From an uncultured bacterium (lineage in GTDB: Bacteria > Joyebacterota > Joyebacteria > Joyebacterales > Joyebacteraceae): DNA of 60,490 nt. The position numbers were made by a program, and so were the translations under genes. Under the pieces are notes generated by a model, which was given only the letters and a program-made list of their open reading frames with translations, did not search any database and had not been told where the DNA came from. The stretch is taken from the NCBI GenBank assembly GCA_964562405.1, contig CAZLTC010000009.1:1-60490 (forward strand). The letters run 5' to 3'. Shown here in pieces: positions 59,423 through 60,490 of this stretch; positions within the stretch are counted from its first letter, which is position 1; the number at the start of each line of letters is the position of its first letter.

Positions 59423-60490
59423 TTACTCCCGCCTGATCGCCTCGACCGGCTCGAGCCTCGCGGCCTTCCACGATGGGTACATCGACGCGACGAAGCTTAT
59501 CGCCACCGCGGCCAGCGCAACGAGCAGGAAGTCAAGGCCGTGCATCTCGACCGGCAGCGTCTCAATGGGATAGACGTCGCCGGGCAGAGTCACGAACTGG
59601 TACCTGTCGAGGAGCGACGCGAGGATGTAACCCGCGACGCTGCCCACAATGGTGCCCGCGGCCCCGATCACCAGCCCCTCGAAGACGAAGATCCTCAGTA
59701 TCGACTTGGATGTGGCGCCCATCGACTTCATGATGCCTATGTCCTTGGTCTTCTCCATCACCACCATGATGAGCGTGCTCGCGATGTTGAATGCGGCCAC
59801 CAGTATGATGAGGGAGAGGATCCAGAACATGACCTTCTTCTCGGTCCTCATCCAGGTGAAGAGATTCCTGTTGAGCTCTATCCAGTTGTTGGCCCTGTAC
59901 GGGAAGCCCCCCACCCATTCCACTATGTCTGCCGCTACCGCAGGTGCGTTGTACGGGTCGTGTATCTTGACCGAGATCCCGATGACGCCGTCTCCCAGGG
60001 CGAAGAGCCGCTGCGCCTCCGGCAGGTCGATGTAGACGAGCGACTGGTCGTACTCGTACATGCCCGAGCTGAAGAGACTCCTGACCTCGAACCGGCCGAC
60101 CGTAGGCATGAGGCCCATCGGCGTCAGGACGTAGTCGAACGGCGACGTGACCGACACCGTGTCGCCGAGCGACATTCGAAGGCGCTTCGCCAGCTCGTCG
60201 CCGACGACGATGCCCGGCAGCTCACCGGGTCTCGTCGCGAGGTCGGTGATCGGCGGATCTATGTTCGTGAGGATGTCCGTGACATGCGACTCACGGGCGA
60301 GGTCGACTCCCCTGACCACGGCGCCGTCGGAACCGCCGTAGCCCTGGATGACCGCCTTGGTGTACGTGAACGGGGCCGCCGCAACAACCTCGTGGTACTC
60401 CTCCACGCGCTCGGTCAGAGCGTCGTAGTCGGTGATCGGCTCGTTCCCGTAGCGAAGCAGTATTATGTGCGCGTTGATCCCGATTATGCG
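59423..60490 (-). CDS. lolC: Lipoprotein-releasing system permease LolC/LolE (FtsX-like), N-terminus beyond the window
   Basis: The frame stays open upstream of the track start to the window edge: RIIGINAHIILLRYGNEPITDYDALTERVEEYHEVV... The periplasmic MacB-like domain is followed by the C-terminal FtsX TM bundle (..ILVAAFNIASTLIMVVMEKTKDIGIMKSMGA..). Confidence 0.85.
   Translation of the reverse strand, partial: RIIGINAHIILLRYGNEPITDYDALTERVEEYHEVVAAAPFTYTKAVIQGYGGSDGAVVRGVDLARESHVTDILTNIDPPITDLATRPGELPGIVVGDELAKRLRMSLGDTVSVTSPFDYVLTPMGLMPTVGRFEVRSLFSSGMYEYDQSLVYIDLPEAQRLFALGDGVIGISVKIHDPYNAPAVAADIVEWVGGFPYRANNWIELNRNLFTWMRTEKKVMFWILSLIILVAAFNIASTLIMVVMEKTKDIGIMKSMGATSKSILRIFVFEGLVIGAAGTIVGSVAGYILASLLDRYQFVTLPGDVYPIETLPVEMHGLDFLLVALAAVAISFVASMYPSWKAARLEPVEAIRRE

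Noticed and set aside
1-60490. Searched by eye for tRNA/rRNA genes, CRISPR-like regular repeats, transposase/integrase genes, toxin-antitoxin pairs and prophage remnants
   Set aside because: None was recognised. The intergenic space is small: the largest gaps are 15934-16387, 15035-15240, 29772-30002 and 33382-33538. These gaps are accounted for by promoters, leaders and hairpins.

Overview
Visibly GC-rich bacterial chromosomal segment from an LPS-producing diderm. I call 46 protein-coding genes, 45 on the - strand and 1 on the + strand. I recognised no rRNA, tRNA, CRISPR array, transposase or integrase. The supplied six-frame track is dominated by antisense shadow ORFs and by ORFs over-extended at the 5' end. 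I re-set many starts using conserved N-termini, Shine-Dalgarno (SD) motifs and a long series of 4-nt GTGA/ATGA/TTGA stop-start overlaps. Layout, with transcription running right to left except where noted: (1) 15933->1, an exopolysaccharide locus: small priming phosphoglycosyl transferase, GT-C/ArnT-like membrane glycosyltransferase, short Wza-like OPX lipoprotein, Wzz/GumC-like co-polymerase, ExeA-like AAA ATPase with a SPOR domain, BY-kinase-like protein with a degenerate P-loop, Wzy-like polymerase, GT4 enzymes, a cytoplasmic heparinase II/III-like protein and an AlgD-like GDP-mannose dehydrogenase. (2) 29771->16388, an LPS core/O-antigen-ligase operon: four GT9 heptosyltransferase-type genes (one degenerate), msbA-like exporter, GT4s, ligase, gmhB, DUF3108, and a deoxyhypusine-synthase-like gene. 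(3) 30003-32309 (+), a membrane-embedded spermidine-synthase-fold protein, probably leaderless, followed at 33381->32380 by a secreted beta-helix protein. (4) 50387->33539: bamA-skp-lpxD-lpxC/fabZ-lpxA-oxidoreductase-lpxB-DUF374(LpxJ-like)-waaA-lpxK-nadA-nadB, ending in a two-gene AmmeMemoRadiSam module. (5) tamB. (6) lolC/E-lolD-mcsA-mcsB-clpC. Best candidates for new biology: the apparently envelope-targeted Memo-AMMECR1 fusion plus radical SAM enzyme at the tail of the lipid A operon; the Lol-coupled McsA/McsB/ClpC arginine-kinase module in a diderm without ctsR; the EPS machinery that pairs an intact ExeA-SPOR ATPase with a pseudo-BY-kinase; and the DHS-like and SpeE-like genes bracketing the LPS-core operon. 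All functional calls rest on motif recognition by eye. No database search was possible.
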